From an uncultured Hyphomicrobiales bacterium (GTDB taxonomy: Bacteria > Pseudomonadota > Alphaproteobacteria > Reyranellales > JAQSWP01), in assembly GCA_964388115.1 (NCBI GenBank), contig CAYLYK010000002.1, positions 47,255 to 111,254 on the forward strand: a stretch of DNA of 64,000 nucleotides, given 5' to 3'. Below the pieces are notes generated by a model. That model did no database searches, had not been told where the DNA came from, and saw only the letters and a list, made by a program, of their open reading frames with translations. Position 1 is the first letter of the stretch. Every line of letters begins with the position of its first letter. The translations under genes and the position numbers were made by a program. Below, piece after piece: positions 30,054 through 39,393 of the stretch.

Positions 30054-32795
30054 TCAGGCGGCCGGCTGCAGCGCGGTGCGACTGCGTTCGATGGCGTGCA
30101 GAATTCCACCCCGCCTTGTGTAGACCCACCAGGTGATGGCGATGCAGCTCAGGTAGAAGACGAAGAAGCCCCACAACGCCATTTCCGGACTGCCGGTGGC
30201 GGCAATCGAGCTGCCGTAGCTCTTGGGGATGAAGAAGGCGCCGTAGGCTGCGATTGCCGAGGTGAAGCCTATGATCGCTGCCGATTCCTTCTCGGCCTGT
30301 TTCCGCCTCTGCTCGGCATCGACTCCAGGCATCAGCCGGTCCATCTCGCTGCGCATGATCGCGGGGATCATCTGAAAGGTGGACGCGTTGCCCACGCCGC
30401 TGGCGAAGAACAGCAGCACGAACATGGCGAAGAAGCCATAGAAGTCGCGGGCGTTGAGGAAATAGACGACGCCTGCCACGCCCACCGCCATGGCCACGAA
30501 CACCCAGAACGTCACGCGTCCGCCGCCCCAGCGGTCCGACAGCCATCCTGTCATGGAGCGGGAGAGCGCGCCGACCAGCGGCCCGATAAACGCCAGCTGC
30601 AAGGCGTCCACCTCCGGGAATTGCGTTCGCGCCAGCAGGGGGAAGCCCGCCGAATAGCCGATGAAGGAACCGAAGGTGCCGGTGTAGAGCCAGCACATGA
30701 TCCAGTTGTGCCGGCGGGTGAAGATCACCGATTGTTCGGCGAAGGATGCCTTGGCCGTCGCCAGATCGTTCATGCCGAACCAGGCGGCGAAGGCGGCGAC
30801 GACGATGAAAGGCACCCAGATGAAGCCGGCATTCTGCAGCCACAGCGGCGCCTGCCCGGCGCCGGCCTTGACCATGACGGGATCGCCACCCAGCGCACCG
30901 AATACGCCGGCGGTAATGACCAGCGGCACCACGAACTGCACGACGCTGACGCCCAGATTGCCGAGCCCGGCATTAAGAGCCAGGGCATTGCCCTTCTCCG
31001 AGCGCGGGAAGAAGAAGGAAATGTTCGACATCGAGGAGGCGAAGTTGCCGCCGCCGAAGCCGCACAGCAGCGCCAAGAGCAGGAAAAGCCAATACGGTGT
31101 CGTCGGATCCTGCACGGCGAAACCGATGCCGAGTGCCGGTATCGCCAGCGACCAGGTCGCAAGCGTGGTCCACAGCCGCCCGCCGAAGATCGGCACCACG
31201 AAGGAATAGAAGATGCGCAAAGTGGCGCCCGACAGGCCTGGCAGCGCCGCCAGCCAGAAGAGCTGATCTGTGCTGTAGGTGAAGCCGATCAGCGGCAGCT
31301 TAGCGACCACCACCGACCACACCATCCACACGGCGAAGGACAGCAGCAGGGCGGGAATCGAAAGCAGCAGATTGCGGCGCGCGATCTTCCGTCCCGTCTC
31401 GTTCCAGAATTTGGCATCGTCGGGGCGCCAGTCGGCAATCAGCTTGCCCGACAGCGCGCCGGCATGCTCGGGCCCGTGAATCGGCTGCATTTCCGGCAAT
31501 TGCGGCAGCTTGTCGAGCGCCGTGCCGACGGCGGCTCTCTCCATCGCCCGGATCGAGAAATGCATCCAAGCGAGCGAGGCGACCGCGATCAGGAACAACA
31601 GCATGAAACAGCTGGTCCACACGCCCGTGAGATCGTTCATGACGCCAAAGGCGATCGGCAGCACGAAGCCACCCAGGCCGCCGACCAGGCCAACAATGCC
31701 GCCTACAGCGCCGACATGCTTTGGATAGTAGACCGGGATGTGCTTGTAGACGGCGGCCTTGCCCAGGCTCATGAAGAAGCCCAGCACGAAGGTGAGGACG
31801 GTGAAGGCCACCAGCCCGATCTCGATGCGGAAGCTGATTGGCCCCTTGATGCCGGTGACGAGATATTGAGTCGGCGGATAGGACAGCAGAAAGCAGACGG
31901 CTACGGCCACGCCAAAGGTCCAGTACATCACCCGTCGCGCGCCATACTTGTCCGAGAGATGACCGCCATAGACGCGGAAGATGCTGGCCGGCACCGAATA
32001 GGCGGCCCCGATCATGCCGGCGACGGCGATGTCCACGCCATAGGCGCCAATGAGATAGCGCGGCAGCCACAGTGCCAGAGCGACGAAACCGCCGAAGACG
32101 AAGAAATAATAGAGGGCGAAACGCCAGACCTGCAGATTGCGCAGCGGCTCCAGCATGGCGCTGAGGCTTTCCGGCTTGGCGCCGGAGCGACGGCGGGCCT
32201 CGAGCTGCGGATCGTCCTTGGTGCCGAACCAGAATATGGCGGCGGTCAACACCAGCGCAGCGGCCCAGATATTGGCCACCATCTGCCAGCCGAACGCCAC
32301 CATGACGAAGGGGGCTATGAACTTCGTCACGGCCGCGCCGACATTGCCGGCGCCGAATATGCCGAGTGCCGTGCCCTGCTTGCCGGCGGGATACCAGCGC
32401 GAGACATAGGCGATGCCAACGGCGAAAGAGCCACCTGCCACGCCTACCCCGAGCGCCGCCAGCAGGAACATCTCGTAGCTCTGGGCGAAAGTCAGCAGCC
32501 AGGTGGCCAGCGCCGAGGCCAGCATCACCGGCACGAACATCAGCCTGCCGCCGTACTGGTCAGTCCAGACACCCAGCACCAGGCGCACCAGCGAGCCGGT
32601 CAGAATCGGCGTGCCGACCAGAAGACCGAACTGCGTATCGTTAAGCCCGAGCTGCTGCTTGATCTGTATGCCGATGATGGAAAAGATCGTCCATACCGCA
32701 AAGCACACGGTGAAGGCGAAAGTAGAGAACCACAGCGCACGCTGCGCATTGCCTCTTTCCCGGTCCCCGCCCACTTGCGCATCGGCTAAGCTCAT
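30054..32795 (-). CDS. narK: Fused NarK1-NarK2 nitrate/nitrite transporter
   Basis: 913 aa with two tandem nitrate-porter MFS domains (GAGNVGAA; GGGNFASSM...GLGNLG), directly upstream of narG. Confidence 0.95.
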   Translation of the reverse strand: MSLADAQVGGDRERGNAQRALWFSTFAFTVCFAVWTIFSIIGIQIKQQLGLNDTQFGLLVGTPILTGSLVRLVLGVWTDQYGGRLMFVPVMLASALATWLLTFAQSYEMFLLAALGVGVAGGSFAVGIAYVSRWYPAGKQGTALGIFGAGNVGAAVTKFIAPFVMVAFGWQMVANIWAAALVLTAAIFWFGTKDDPQLEARRRSGAKPESLSAMLEPLRNLQVWRFALYYFFVFGGFVALALWLPRYLIGAYGVDIAVAGMIGAAYSVPASIFRVYGGHLSDKYGARRVMYWTFGVAVAVCFLLSYPPTQYLVTGIKGPISFRIEIGLVAFTVLTFVLGFFMSLGKAAVYKHIPVYYPKHVGAVGGIVGLVGGLGGFVLPIAFGVMNDLTGVWTSCFMLLFLIAVASLAWMHFSIRAMERAAVGTALDKLPQLPEMQPIHGPEHAGALSGKLIADWRPDDAKFWNETGRKIARRNLLLSIPALLLSFAVWMVWSVVVAKLPLIGFTYSTDQLFWLAALPGLSGATLRIFYSFVVPIFGGRLWTTLATWSLAIPALGIGFAVQDPTTPYWLFLLLALLCGFGGGNFASSMSNISFFFPRSEKGNALALNAGLGNLGVSVVQFVVPLVITAGVFGALGGDPVMVKAGAGQAPLWLQNAGFIWVPFIVVAAFAAWFGMNDLATAKASFAEQSVIFTRRHNWIMCWLYTGTFGSFIGYSAGFPLLARTQFPEVDALQLAFIGPLVGALSRSMTGWLSDRWGGGRVTFWVFVAMAVGVAGVVYFLNARDFYGFFAMFVLLFFASGVGNASTFQMIPAIMRSEMDRLMPGVDAEQRRKQAEKESAAIIGFTSAIAAYGAFFIPKSYGSSIAATGSPEMALWGFFVFYLSCIAITWWVYTRRGGILHAIERSRTALQPAA

Positions 32796-32852
32796 TGCCC
32801 GGTCCCCCCTGTTCCGCTGGCACTACTAGATGTCGGGACAAGCAACGGGCAT

Positions 32853-32866
32853 TTGACCTCGATCAA
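32853..32866. promoter_or_regulatory. FNR-type box upstream of narK
   Basis: TTGAC-CTCG-ATCAA, 9/10 match to TTGAT-N4-ATCAA. Confidence 0.8.
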
Positions 32867-32925
32867 TCGCTGTCGAATTCGAGTGTGTAAATCTGCCCTT
32901 CACTTGATCTGTCGCCAGCAATGAA

Positions 32926-32939
32926 TTGACATTTGGCAA
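32926..32939. promoter_or_regulatory. Second, weaker FNR-like box near the regulator gene
   Basis: TTGAC-ATTT-GGCAA. Confidence 0.45.
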
Positions 32940-32972
32940 GCGAGAACCCGGTCACCCAAGGGGGAACGCAGA

Positions 32973-33650
32973 ATGAAGTCAGGCGATTTGCTACTCTTAC
33001 GACGCACGCGGCTGCTGTCTGGCGTCGCCGAAACGACGATGGCTCGCATCGAGGAGGAGGCGTCGGTGCAAGTGCTGAGCGCCGGCAGCCTGCTGTTCGA
33101 GCAGGGCGAGCGGCCGCGTCATGCGCAGATTGTGCTGCATGGCGGGGTAGCGCTGGTCGGCAGCCTGGATAGATCCGAGATTGTGGTGGAATTCTTCGGC
33201 AGCGGCGAGATCCTGCTCGCCGCCGCTGTGATCCTCGACCTGCCCTATCTGGTCGGCGCGCGCACCACGGAGGAAAGCCGCATAGCCACCATACCGGCCG
33301 CCACCTTCCGCACGCTGCTACATGGCGATCGCCGCCTCGCGGTGGCGATGACGGAGGAAATGGCGCGCCACTGGCGTACGCTGGTGCGGCAGATCAAGGA
33401 TCTCAAGCTGCGCTCAGCGCCGCAGCGGCTGGCAGCGTATCTGCTGGCCAATGGCGCACCGGGCCGGGCCGCGGTCAAGATCACGATCGAAAAGCAGGTT
33501 CTGGCCAGCCGGCTGGGCATGACACCAGCCAGCCTGTCGCGCGCTTTTCGCGAGTTGAAGACGTTCGGTGTGCAGGCGAGCGGCAATCAGATCACTTTGG
33601 GAAACACCGAAGCATTGCGCAGCTTTTGCCAGTACGACGCCATTCGCTAA
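32973..33650 (+). CDS. Crp/Fnr family regulator (NarR-like, no Fe-S Cys cluster)
   Basis: cNMP-binding fold (LFEQGE), RSAPQRLAAYLL, HTH LASRLGMTPASLSRAF; only one Cys; divergent from narK. Confidence 0.85.
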   Translation: MKSGDLLLLRRTRLLSGVAETTMARIEEEASVQVLSAGSLLFEQGERPRHAQIVLHGGVALVGSLDRSEIVVEFFGSGEILLAAAVILDLPYLVGARTTEESRIATIPAATFRTLLHGDRRLAVAMTEEMARHWRTLVRQIKDLKLRSAPQRLAAYLLANGAPGRAAVKITIEKQVLASRLGMTPASLSRAFRELKTFGVQASGNQITLGNTEALRSFCQYDAIR

Positions 33651-33805
33651 TACACGCCGCTCTTGCATTAATCGCCTCGCAACCCCCGCATCGCCGAGAG
33701 GATAACGCGCCCACCCGCACCAGCGGATAATCGATCATATGCGTGCTTGGCGGATTCATCCGCAGACACCCGACCATGCAGCTGAGGTCCTTGCTCGGCG
33801 GCTAT

Positions 33806-34876
33806 TCAAAGAAACTTCTCGGCAATATCGACGGTCGAGCGCTGCCCAATATGCTCGAAGGCGGATTCCAGCCACAGTTCGGCGTGCCTGCGTCCGGTAT
33901 CGCGCATATGAGTGAGGAAGCCCCATTCGGCGTTGAGCTTGCTCGCCACGCCCAAGCCGGTCATCACATCGTCGGCAGCGATCGAATGAATCAGCATCCG
34001 CTTGAAACCTTTCAGATGCTGGTCTTCGATCAGTCGCGTGACGAACTCAATAGCCCGCATCTCGCGCACCAGCGATGAATTGAAGCTGATCTCATTGATT
34101 CGATTGAGAATGTCGGTTGCAGTCGTCGGCACCACGTCCCGATGCAGCGGATTGATGTGCACCACAACCACGTCCGGACTGTCGCAACCGTAAATGAGCG
34201 GGAAGATCGCCGGGTTGCCCATGTAGCCGCCGTCCCAGTAGTGCTCGCCCTCGATCTCGACGGCCTGATAAAGGAACGGCAGGCAGCACGAGGCCAGCAC
34301 CGCATCCGGCGTGATCTCCTCGTTGCCGAACACCTTGACCTTGCCGCTCCTGACGTTGGTCGCCGACAGGAACAGCTTGACCGGGCAGGTCTTGCGCGAC
34401 AGCGCCTCGAAATCGACGGTATCGAGCAGCACGCGGCGCAGCGGATTGACGTTGAGCGGATTGAACTGGTACGGCGACATCAGCCGGGTCATCAGGTCGA
34501 GCATGACGAAGGCCGGTGAGGTCGAGAGGCTGTGGTCGTGCCGCAAACGGTCGATCGGCGAGGGCTGCAGCGGGCCGAACGAGGCGGCGTGGCTGACGCG
34601 GCGCCAGAAATTTGTAAGCGCCTTCTTGGCGCCCTCGCGGCCGCCGACCGCCAGGCCATACGACATTACTGTCGCATTCATTGCGCCGGCGCTGGTGGCG
34701 CTGATGCCGTCGAAAGCCAGCCGCTCGTCTTCGAGCAGGCGATCGAGCACGCCCCATGTGAACGCCCCATGCGCCCCGCCGCCCTGCAGGGCGAGATTGA
34801 TGCTCTTCATGCCCGGGCCGGCCATGCAGGCGGTATGTTCGCCCATTGCCGGCATGTGGTGGATCATCGTGTCCAT
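33806..34876 (-). CDS. Patatin-like phospholipase (possible intracellular PHB depolymerase/oligomer hydrolase)
   Basis: QGGGAHGAF, ATSAGAMNA (GxSxG variant) and WDGGY motifs. AAGGAGAGG RBS. Confidence 0.85.
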   Translation of the reverse strand: MDTMIHHMPAMGEHTACMAGPGMKSINLALQGGGAHGAFTWGVLDRLLEDERLAFDGISATSAGAMNATVMSYGLAVGGREGAKKALTNFWRRVSHAASFGPLQPSPIDRLRHDHSLSTSPAFVMLDLMTRLMSPYQFNPLNVNPLRRVLLDTVDFEALSRKTCPVKLFLSATNVRSGKVKVFGNEEITPDAVLASCCLPFLYQAVEIEGEHYWDGGYMGNPAIFPLIYGCDSPDVVVVHINPLHRDVVPTTATDILNRINEISFNSSLVREMRAIEFVTRLIEDQHLKGFKRMLIHSIAADDVMTGLGVASKLNAEWGFLTHMRDTGRRHAELWLESAFEHIGQRSTVDIAEKFL

Positions 34877-34893
34877 TGTTCCCTCTCCTTCGC

Positions 34894-35724
34894 CTATTGC
34901 GCGGTCCAGCCGCCATCGACCGGCAGCGCGGCGCCGGTGATCGATGCCGCGTGCGGGCCGGCCAGAAACGCCACCAGCTCGCCGATCTCGTCGACGGTGG
35001 AGAAACGCTTGTTGGGTTGCTTGGCCAGGAACACGTCGCGAATGACGCGCTCGCGGGGAATGCCGTGGCTGGCGGCCTGGCCGTCGATCTGCTTCTCGAC
35101 CAGCGGCGTCCAGACATAGCCCGGGCAGATCGAGTTGCACGTGATGCCGCTTTCCGCCGCTTCCAGCGCCACGACCTTGGTCAGCCCGACGATGCCGTGC
35201 TTGGCCGCGACATAGGCCGACTTGAAGGGCGAGCCGATCAGCCCGTGCGCAGAGGCGATATTGACAATTCGCCCCCAGCCACGCTGCCGCATGCCCGGCA
35301 ACGCCTCCTTGATCGCGTAGAAGGCGGAGGACAGGTTGATCGACAGGATCGCTTCCCAGCGATCGTCGGGAAATTCCTCGACCGGCGCCACATGCTGGAT
35401 ACCGGCGTTATTGACCAGGATGTCGACCTTGCCGAGCTCCCAGTTGGCGCGCCGCATCAGTGCCGCGACAGCCTCGCGGCGGGAGAGGTCGGCGCCATCG
35501 AAAAGCACGGGCACGCCATGGGTCGCCGCCAGCTCGGCGCGCAGACTTTCGATCTGCTGCGCCTCGCCGAAGCCGTTGAGCACGACGGCGGCGCCCTGTT
35601 CGGCCAGGATCTTGGCGATGCCCAGGCCTATGCCGCTGGTCGAACCGGTGACAACAGCAACCTTGTCCGTCAGTGGACGCGGGGTCGGTTGCATATAGCT
35701 GCGGAGATTGCTGGCGGTCTGCAC
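34894..35724 (-). CDS. bdhA: D-3-hydroxybutyrate dehydrogenase (SDR)
   Basis: TGSTSGIGLG, NNAGIQHV, YVAAKHG and CPGYVWTPLVEKQI motifs. AAGGAG RBS before the GTG. Confidence 0.9.
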   Translation of the reverse strand: MQTASNLRSYMQPTPRPLTDKVAVVTGSTSGIGLGIAKILAEQGAAVVLNGFGEAQQIESLRAELAATHGVPVLFDGADLSRREAVAALMRRANWELGKVDILVNNAGIQHVAPVEEFPDDRWEAILSINLSSAFYAIKEALPGMRQRGWGRIVNIASAHGLIGSPFKSAYVAAKHGIVGLTKVVALEAAESGITCNSICPGYVWTPLVEKQIDGQAASHGIPRERVIRDVFLAKQPNKRFSTVDEIGELVAFLAGPHAASITGAALPVDGGWTAQ

Positions 35725-35855
35725 GATTGCTCCTTTGCCGTCGAACGGCGTTGTGAATTTCTCGGGAGCAATCTGAAGCGGCGATACGCCTTGTAGAAAT
35801 GCCGCTTTGCTATGAAGATGATGCCTCCTGCTTATTGGCTTCAGGAGCCGCGTCT

Positions 35856-36734
35856 ATGGAAATGCACCAGATCCGGTATTTCCTGGCCCTCAGCGAGACA
35901 TTGAACTTCACCCGCAGTGCCGAGATGTGCAACGTCACCCAGCCGGCGCTGTCGCGCGCCATTCAGGCGCTGGAGGAGGAGTTGGGCGGGCAGCTTTTCC
36001 GGCGTGAGCGCAACCAGACCCATATGACCGATCTGGGCCGCCTGCTGCGGCCGCAGCTGGAAGCCATCTACAACAACGCCCAGGCGGCCCGCACCACCGC
36101 GCAAAGTTTCCTGAAGATGAAGCAGGCGGACGTGAAGCTGGGCGTGATGTGCACCATCGGGCCGCTGCGTTTTTCCGGCTTTCTGTCGAATTTCCAGGCC
36201 GCCAACGAGGGCATTCGCCTCACCATGCTGGAGGGCGTGCCCGGTCGATTGAGCGAATTGCTGATGCAGGGCGAGATCGACGTGGCGATCTTCGCCCAGC
36301 CCGGCCCGCTGCCCGAGCGCTTCGACGCGCACCCGCTCTACAAGGAAAGCTTCGTCATCGCCTTCCCGCCCGGCCATCGCTTCGCGAGCATGAACAGCGT
36401 TGCGGTCAAGGAACTGGACGGCGAGAGCTATCTGTCGCGGATCAATTGCGAGTACTACGACCATCTCAAGGAATGCTGCCAGTCGCAGGGTGTGCGCATG
36501 CAGGATGCTTTCCGCAGCGAGCGCGAGGACTGGGTGCAGAGCCTGGTGCTGGCCGGCATGGGCGTCTGCTTCATTCCGGAGTATTCGCCGGTGCTGCCCG
36601 GGCTGCAGCAGCGACGCGTCGCCGACCCGGAAATCATGCGCGAGATCCTGCTGGTCACCGTCGCCGGCCGGCGCTTCTCGCCCGCGGTCATGACGTTCGT
36701 CAAAGCGGCCAAAGCCTTTCCCTGGCGCCAGTAG
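35856..36734 (+). CDS. LysR family transcriptional regulator
   Basis: MEMHQIRYF...LNFTRSAEMCNVTQPALSRAIQALEEELGG HTH. CAGGAG RBS. Confidence 0.93.
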   Translation: MEMHQIRYFLALSETLNFTRSAEMCNVTQPALSRAIQALEEELGGQLFRRERNQTHMTDLGRLLRPQLEAIYNNAQAARTTAQSFLKMKQADVKLGVMCTIGPLRFSGFLSNFQAANEGIRLTMLEGVPGRLSELLMQGEIDVAIFAQPGPLPERFDAHPLYKESFVIAFPPGHRFASMNSVAVKELDGESYLSRINCEYYDHLKECCQSQGVRMQDAFRSEREDWVQSLVLAGMGVCFIPEYSPVLPGLQQRRVADPEIMREILLVTVAGRRFSPAVMTFVKAAKAFPWRQ

Positions 36735-36931
36735 GCGCGCATCTCACCTGCGCCAGAAGGCGCACAGGTCAATGGCGCCGACAGGCATGGCCGCCACCGG
36801 CAGCCAATAGCTCTCGTGCATCGACACCATAGGGAGACGGCATTTCCGATCGCTCCGGAAAGCGGCGATTTTCGCCGCCAGGAAGACGCCGACCGTCGGC
36901 GGATCCGCTGCAACCAACCAGGAGAACGGAA

Positions 36932-37186
36932 ATGAAGTCCAACACTGTGATTATCTCGGCGTTTGCCGCCGCCATGGCGCTGACCGCGGTCGGCCAGGTG
37001 GCTGCCCAACAGCAGCCGGCCAACGGCGAGAAGTGCTACGGCGTGGTGAAGGCCGGGCTGAACGATTGCCAGACGGCAACCTCGTCCTGCGCCGGCACCT
37101 CGACCCGCGACCGCCAGGCCGATGCCTGGATCTACGTCCCGGCCGGCACGTGCAAGAAGATCGCCGGCGGCGTCGTCAAGTCCTGA
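36932..37186 (+). CDS. DUF2282 / BufA1-type bufferin RiPP precursor
   Basis: Signal peptide, EKCYGVVKAGLNDC...SCAG...W.YVPAGTCKKIAGG with four Cys. CAGGAG RBS. Confidence 0.92.
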   Translation: MKSNTVIISAFAAAMALTAVGQVAAQQQPANGEKCYGVVKAGLNDCQTATSSCAGTSTRDRQADAWIYVPAGTCKKIAGGVVKS

Positions 37187-37203
37187 GGCCAGTCGGTCAA
37201 CCA

Positions 37204-37237
37204 GCCCTCGCCCGGCCTGCATGGCTGGGGCGAGGGC
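37204..37237 (+). other. Stem-loop between precursor and MNIO genes (mRNA stabiliser/attenuator)
   Basis: 10-bp stem GCCCTCGCCC / GGGCGAGGGC plus an imperfect inner stem. Confidence 0.5.
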
Positions 37238-37257
37238 GATCAGGCGAGGGCATCTCC

Positions 37258-38118
37258 ATGTTCGACACAGCACCATCGACATCGCTTGCCAGCACGGCCG
37301 GCATCGGCCTGCGCAGCCCGCATATGGGCGAAGTCATGCAGCGCCAGCCGAAGATCGGCTGGCTGGAAGTGCACACGGAGAATTTTCTGCACGGCGGCGA
37401 AGCGCGCCGCTCGCTTGAGACTATTCGCCAGTCCTATCCCGTCTCGCTGCACGGCGTCGGCCTGTCGCTGGGCAGCGCCGGCGGACTCGATCTTTCCCAT
37501 CTGCGGCGCGTCAAGCAGCTGGTCGACGAACTGCAGCCCCTGCTGGTCTCCGACCACCTGTCGTGGAGCGCCTGCGAGGGCGTGTTTCTCAACGATCTGC
37601 TGCCGCTGCCTTATGTCAGCGAAAGCCTTGAGGTGATGAAGGCCAATATCTTCCGCGCCCAGGATGCGCTCTGCCGGCCGCTGCTGATCGAGAATCCCTC
37701 CGCCTATCTGAGATTCGACCGGGCCGACATGAGCGAGGCGCAGTTCCTTGGCGAGCTGGCGCGCAGCACCGGCTGCGGCATCCTGCTCGATCTCAACAAT
37801 CTCTTCGTCTCCGCCACCAATCTCGGCTTCGATGCGCTGGCCTATCTCGACGAGCTGCCGGCTGGCGCCATCGGCGAGTTCCATGTCGCCGGCCATCACC
37901 GCGCCGTCACCGACGAAGGCGTGGTTCTGATCGACGATCACGGCTCTTCGGTGGGCTGCGACGTCTGGCATCTCTACGGCGCGGCGGTGCGCCGCTTCGG
38001 ACCGCAACCCACTCTCATCGAACGCGACAGCAATCTGCCGGCGCTGGACGAACTTATCGCCGAGGCCGCACTGGCGCAGAAAATCAGCAGCCGCAACTTG
38101 AAGGCCCGCGCCCAATGA
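37258..38118 (+). CDS. DUF692 multinuclear non-haem iron oxidase (MNIO, BufB-like)
   Basis: GIGLR, EVHTENF, SLHGVGLSLGS, SDHLSWS, NDLLPLP, LIENPS, LLDLNN, EFHVAGH, IDDH and IERD motifs. Confidence 0.93.
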   Translation: MFDTAPSTSLASTAGIGLRSPHMGEVMQRQPKIGWLEVHTENFLHGGEARRSLETIRQSYPVSLHGVGLSLGSAGGLDLSHLRRVKQLVDELQPLLVSDHLSWSACEGVFLNDLLPLPYVSESLEVMKANIFRAQDALCRPLLIENPSAYLRFDRADMSEAQFLGELARSTGCGILLDLNNLFVSATNLGFDALAYLDELPAGAIGEFHVAGHHRAVTDEGVVLIDDHGSSVGCDVWHLYGAAVRRFGPQPTLIERDSNLPALDELIAEAALAQKISSRNLKARAQ

Positions 38119-38894
38119 GCACCCTCCATCACCTGCAGCAGGCGCTCTGTGCTGCGCTGCTGAACCAACAGGCCGATACTGCCGCCGTGCCGTTGCTCGA
38201 CAACGGCGCGCAGCGGCGGCTGGCGATCTATCGCAACAACATCGTCGCCAGCCTGAGCGATGCTCTGGCCAAGACGTTTCCCGTCGTCTGCCGGCTGGTG
38301 GATCGCCGCTACTTCGACCATGCGGCGACCGCCTTTATCCGCATCTCGCCGCCCAGTGAGCCGCGACTGTCGCATTACGGCGCCGGCTTCGCCGATTTCC
38401 TGACGCGATTCTGTCCGTCATTGCCCTACCTGGCCGATGTCGCCCGTCTGGAATGGCTGGTCAACGAGATCGTCCACGAGAGCCGGCTGCCGTCCATCAC
38501 CCTGGCGCAAGCCAGTCTCGGCGCCCGCTCGGGCGATATCTTCCTGCGGCTGCAGCCTTCGATTCGCCTGTTCGAATCCACGTGGCCGGCGCTGGAGATC
38601 TGGCAGGCGAATCAGCCGGAAATCGCCGATCCGCCGGCGCTCGACATCGTCGAGGGCGAGGAAACGCTGCTGATCCATCGTCGGCGCGATCAGATCGTGT
38701 TCACCCGCATCGACGCTGCGACGGCGGCTTTCATCGCGCTGCTGCGCCAGAACGCCAGCCTGAAGGACGCCGCCGTCTCCGCCCTCGGTCTCGACCCTCT
38801 GTTCGATCTCGCCAAGGCGCTGGCGCTGCTGTTCTCCGGCGAGCTGGTGGTCGACCAGACGCATGCCACGCCATTTACCGCAACCGTCCAATAG
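38115..38894 (+). CDS. DUF2063 MNIO partner protein (BufC/HvfC-like)
   Basis: RLAIYRNN...L..TFPVVCRLV, YGAGFADFL and YLADVARLEW motifs. ATGA overlap. Confidence 0.9.
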   Translation: MSTLHHLQQALCAALLNQQADTAAVPLLDNGAQRRLAIYRNNIVASLSDALAKTFPVVCRLVDRRYFDHAATAFIRISPPSEPRLSHYGAGFADFLTRFCPSLPYLADVARLEWLVNEIVHESRLPSITLAQASLGARSGDIFLRLQPSIRLFESTWPALEIWQANQPEIADPPALDIVEGEETLLIHRRRDQIVFTRIDAATAAFIALLRQNASLKDAAVSALGLDPLFDLAKALALLFSGELVVDQTHATPFTATVQ

Positions 38895-38907
38895 AAGGAG
38901 CCAACCC

Positions 38908-39393
38908 ATGTCCCTGCTGTCTTCCAACCCGCCGTCGCGGGCGGAGTTTTTCGTTTCCGCCTTCGAGCGCGCCACTACGACGGCGCGGCGCTTTCCCGAC
39001 TGGATCCTGCTGGCGATGGGCCGCGTCGCCATCGCCGGCGTGTTCTGGAACTCGGCCATGTCCAAGCTCGCCAGCTGGGAAACCACGCTGATGCTGTTCA
39101 AGGACGAGTATCGCGTGCCGCTGCTGCCGACCGAACTGGCGGCCTATATGGCCACCGGCGCGGAACTGATCGGTGCGGTGCTGCTGTTCTTCGGCCTTGC
39201 CGCGCGCTGCGGCGCCTTCATGCTGCTGGGCGTCACCGCCGTCATCCAGATCTTCGTCTATCCCGAAAGCTGGGTGCATCACCTGGAATGGGCGACCATT
39301 CTTCTCATGGTGCTGGTCAAGGGCGCCGGCCGCGTGTCGATCGATCATCTGATCCTGGCGATCTTCCGTCGCCAGTTCAGGGCGGGCCGGTGA
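38908..39393 (+). CDS. DoxX family membrane protein (BufD-like)
   Basis: LAMGRV...FW.SAMSK, LFKDEY.VP, ELIGAVLLFFGLAAR and KGAGRVSID motifs. GAAGGAG RBS. Confidence 0.9.
   Translation: MSLLSSNPPSRAEFFVSAFERATTTARRFPDWILLAMGRVAIAGVFWNSAMSKLASWETTLMLFKDEYRVPLLPTELAAYMATGAELIGAVLLFFGLAARCGAFMLLGVTAVIQIFVYPESWVHHLEWATILLMVLVKGAGRVSIDHLILAIFRRQFRAGR

Noticed and set aside
30031-30843. Apparent 271-aa N-terminal extension of NarG (1517-aa ORF), suggesting a NarK-NarG fusion
   Set aside because: The extension is an alternative frame overlapping narK. The canonical NarG start MSHFLDRL with an RBS is at 30030, and narK has its own stop at 30054.
30096-32789. 897-aa + strand ORF and other long antisense ORFs (9968-11272, 24602-26401, 26398-28308, 28687-30123, 54890-57904)
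   Set aside because: These are shadow frames opposite well-supported genes in GC-rich DNA, with Arg/Ala/Gly-rich composition and no motifs.
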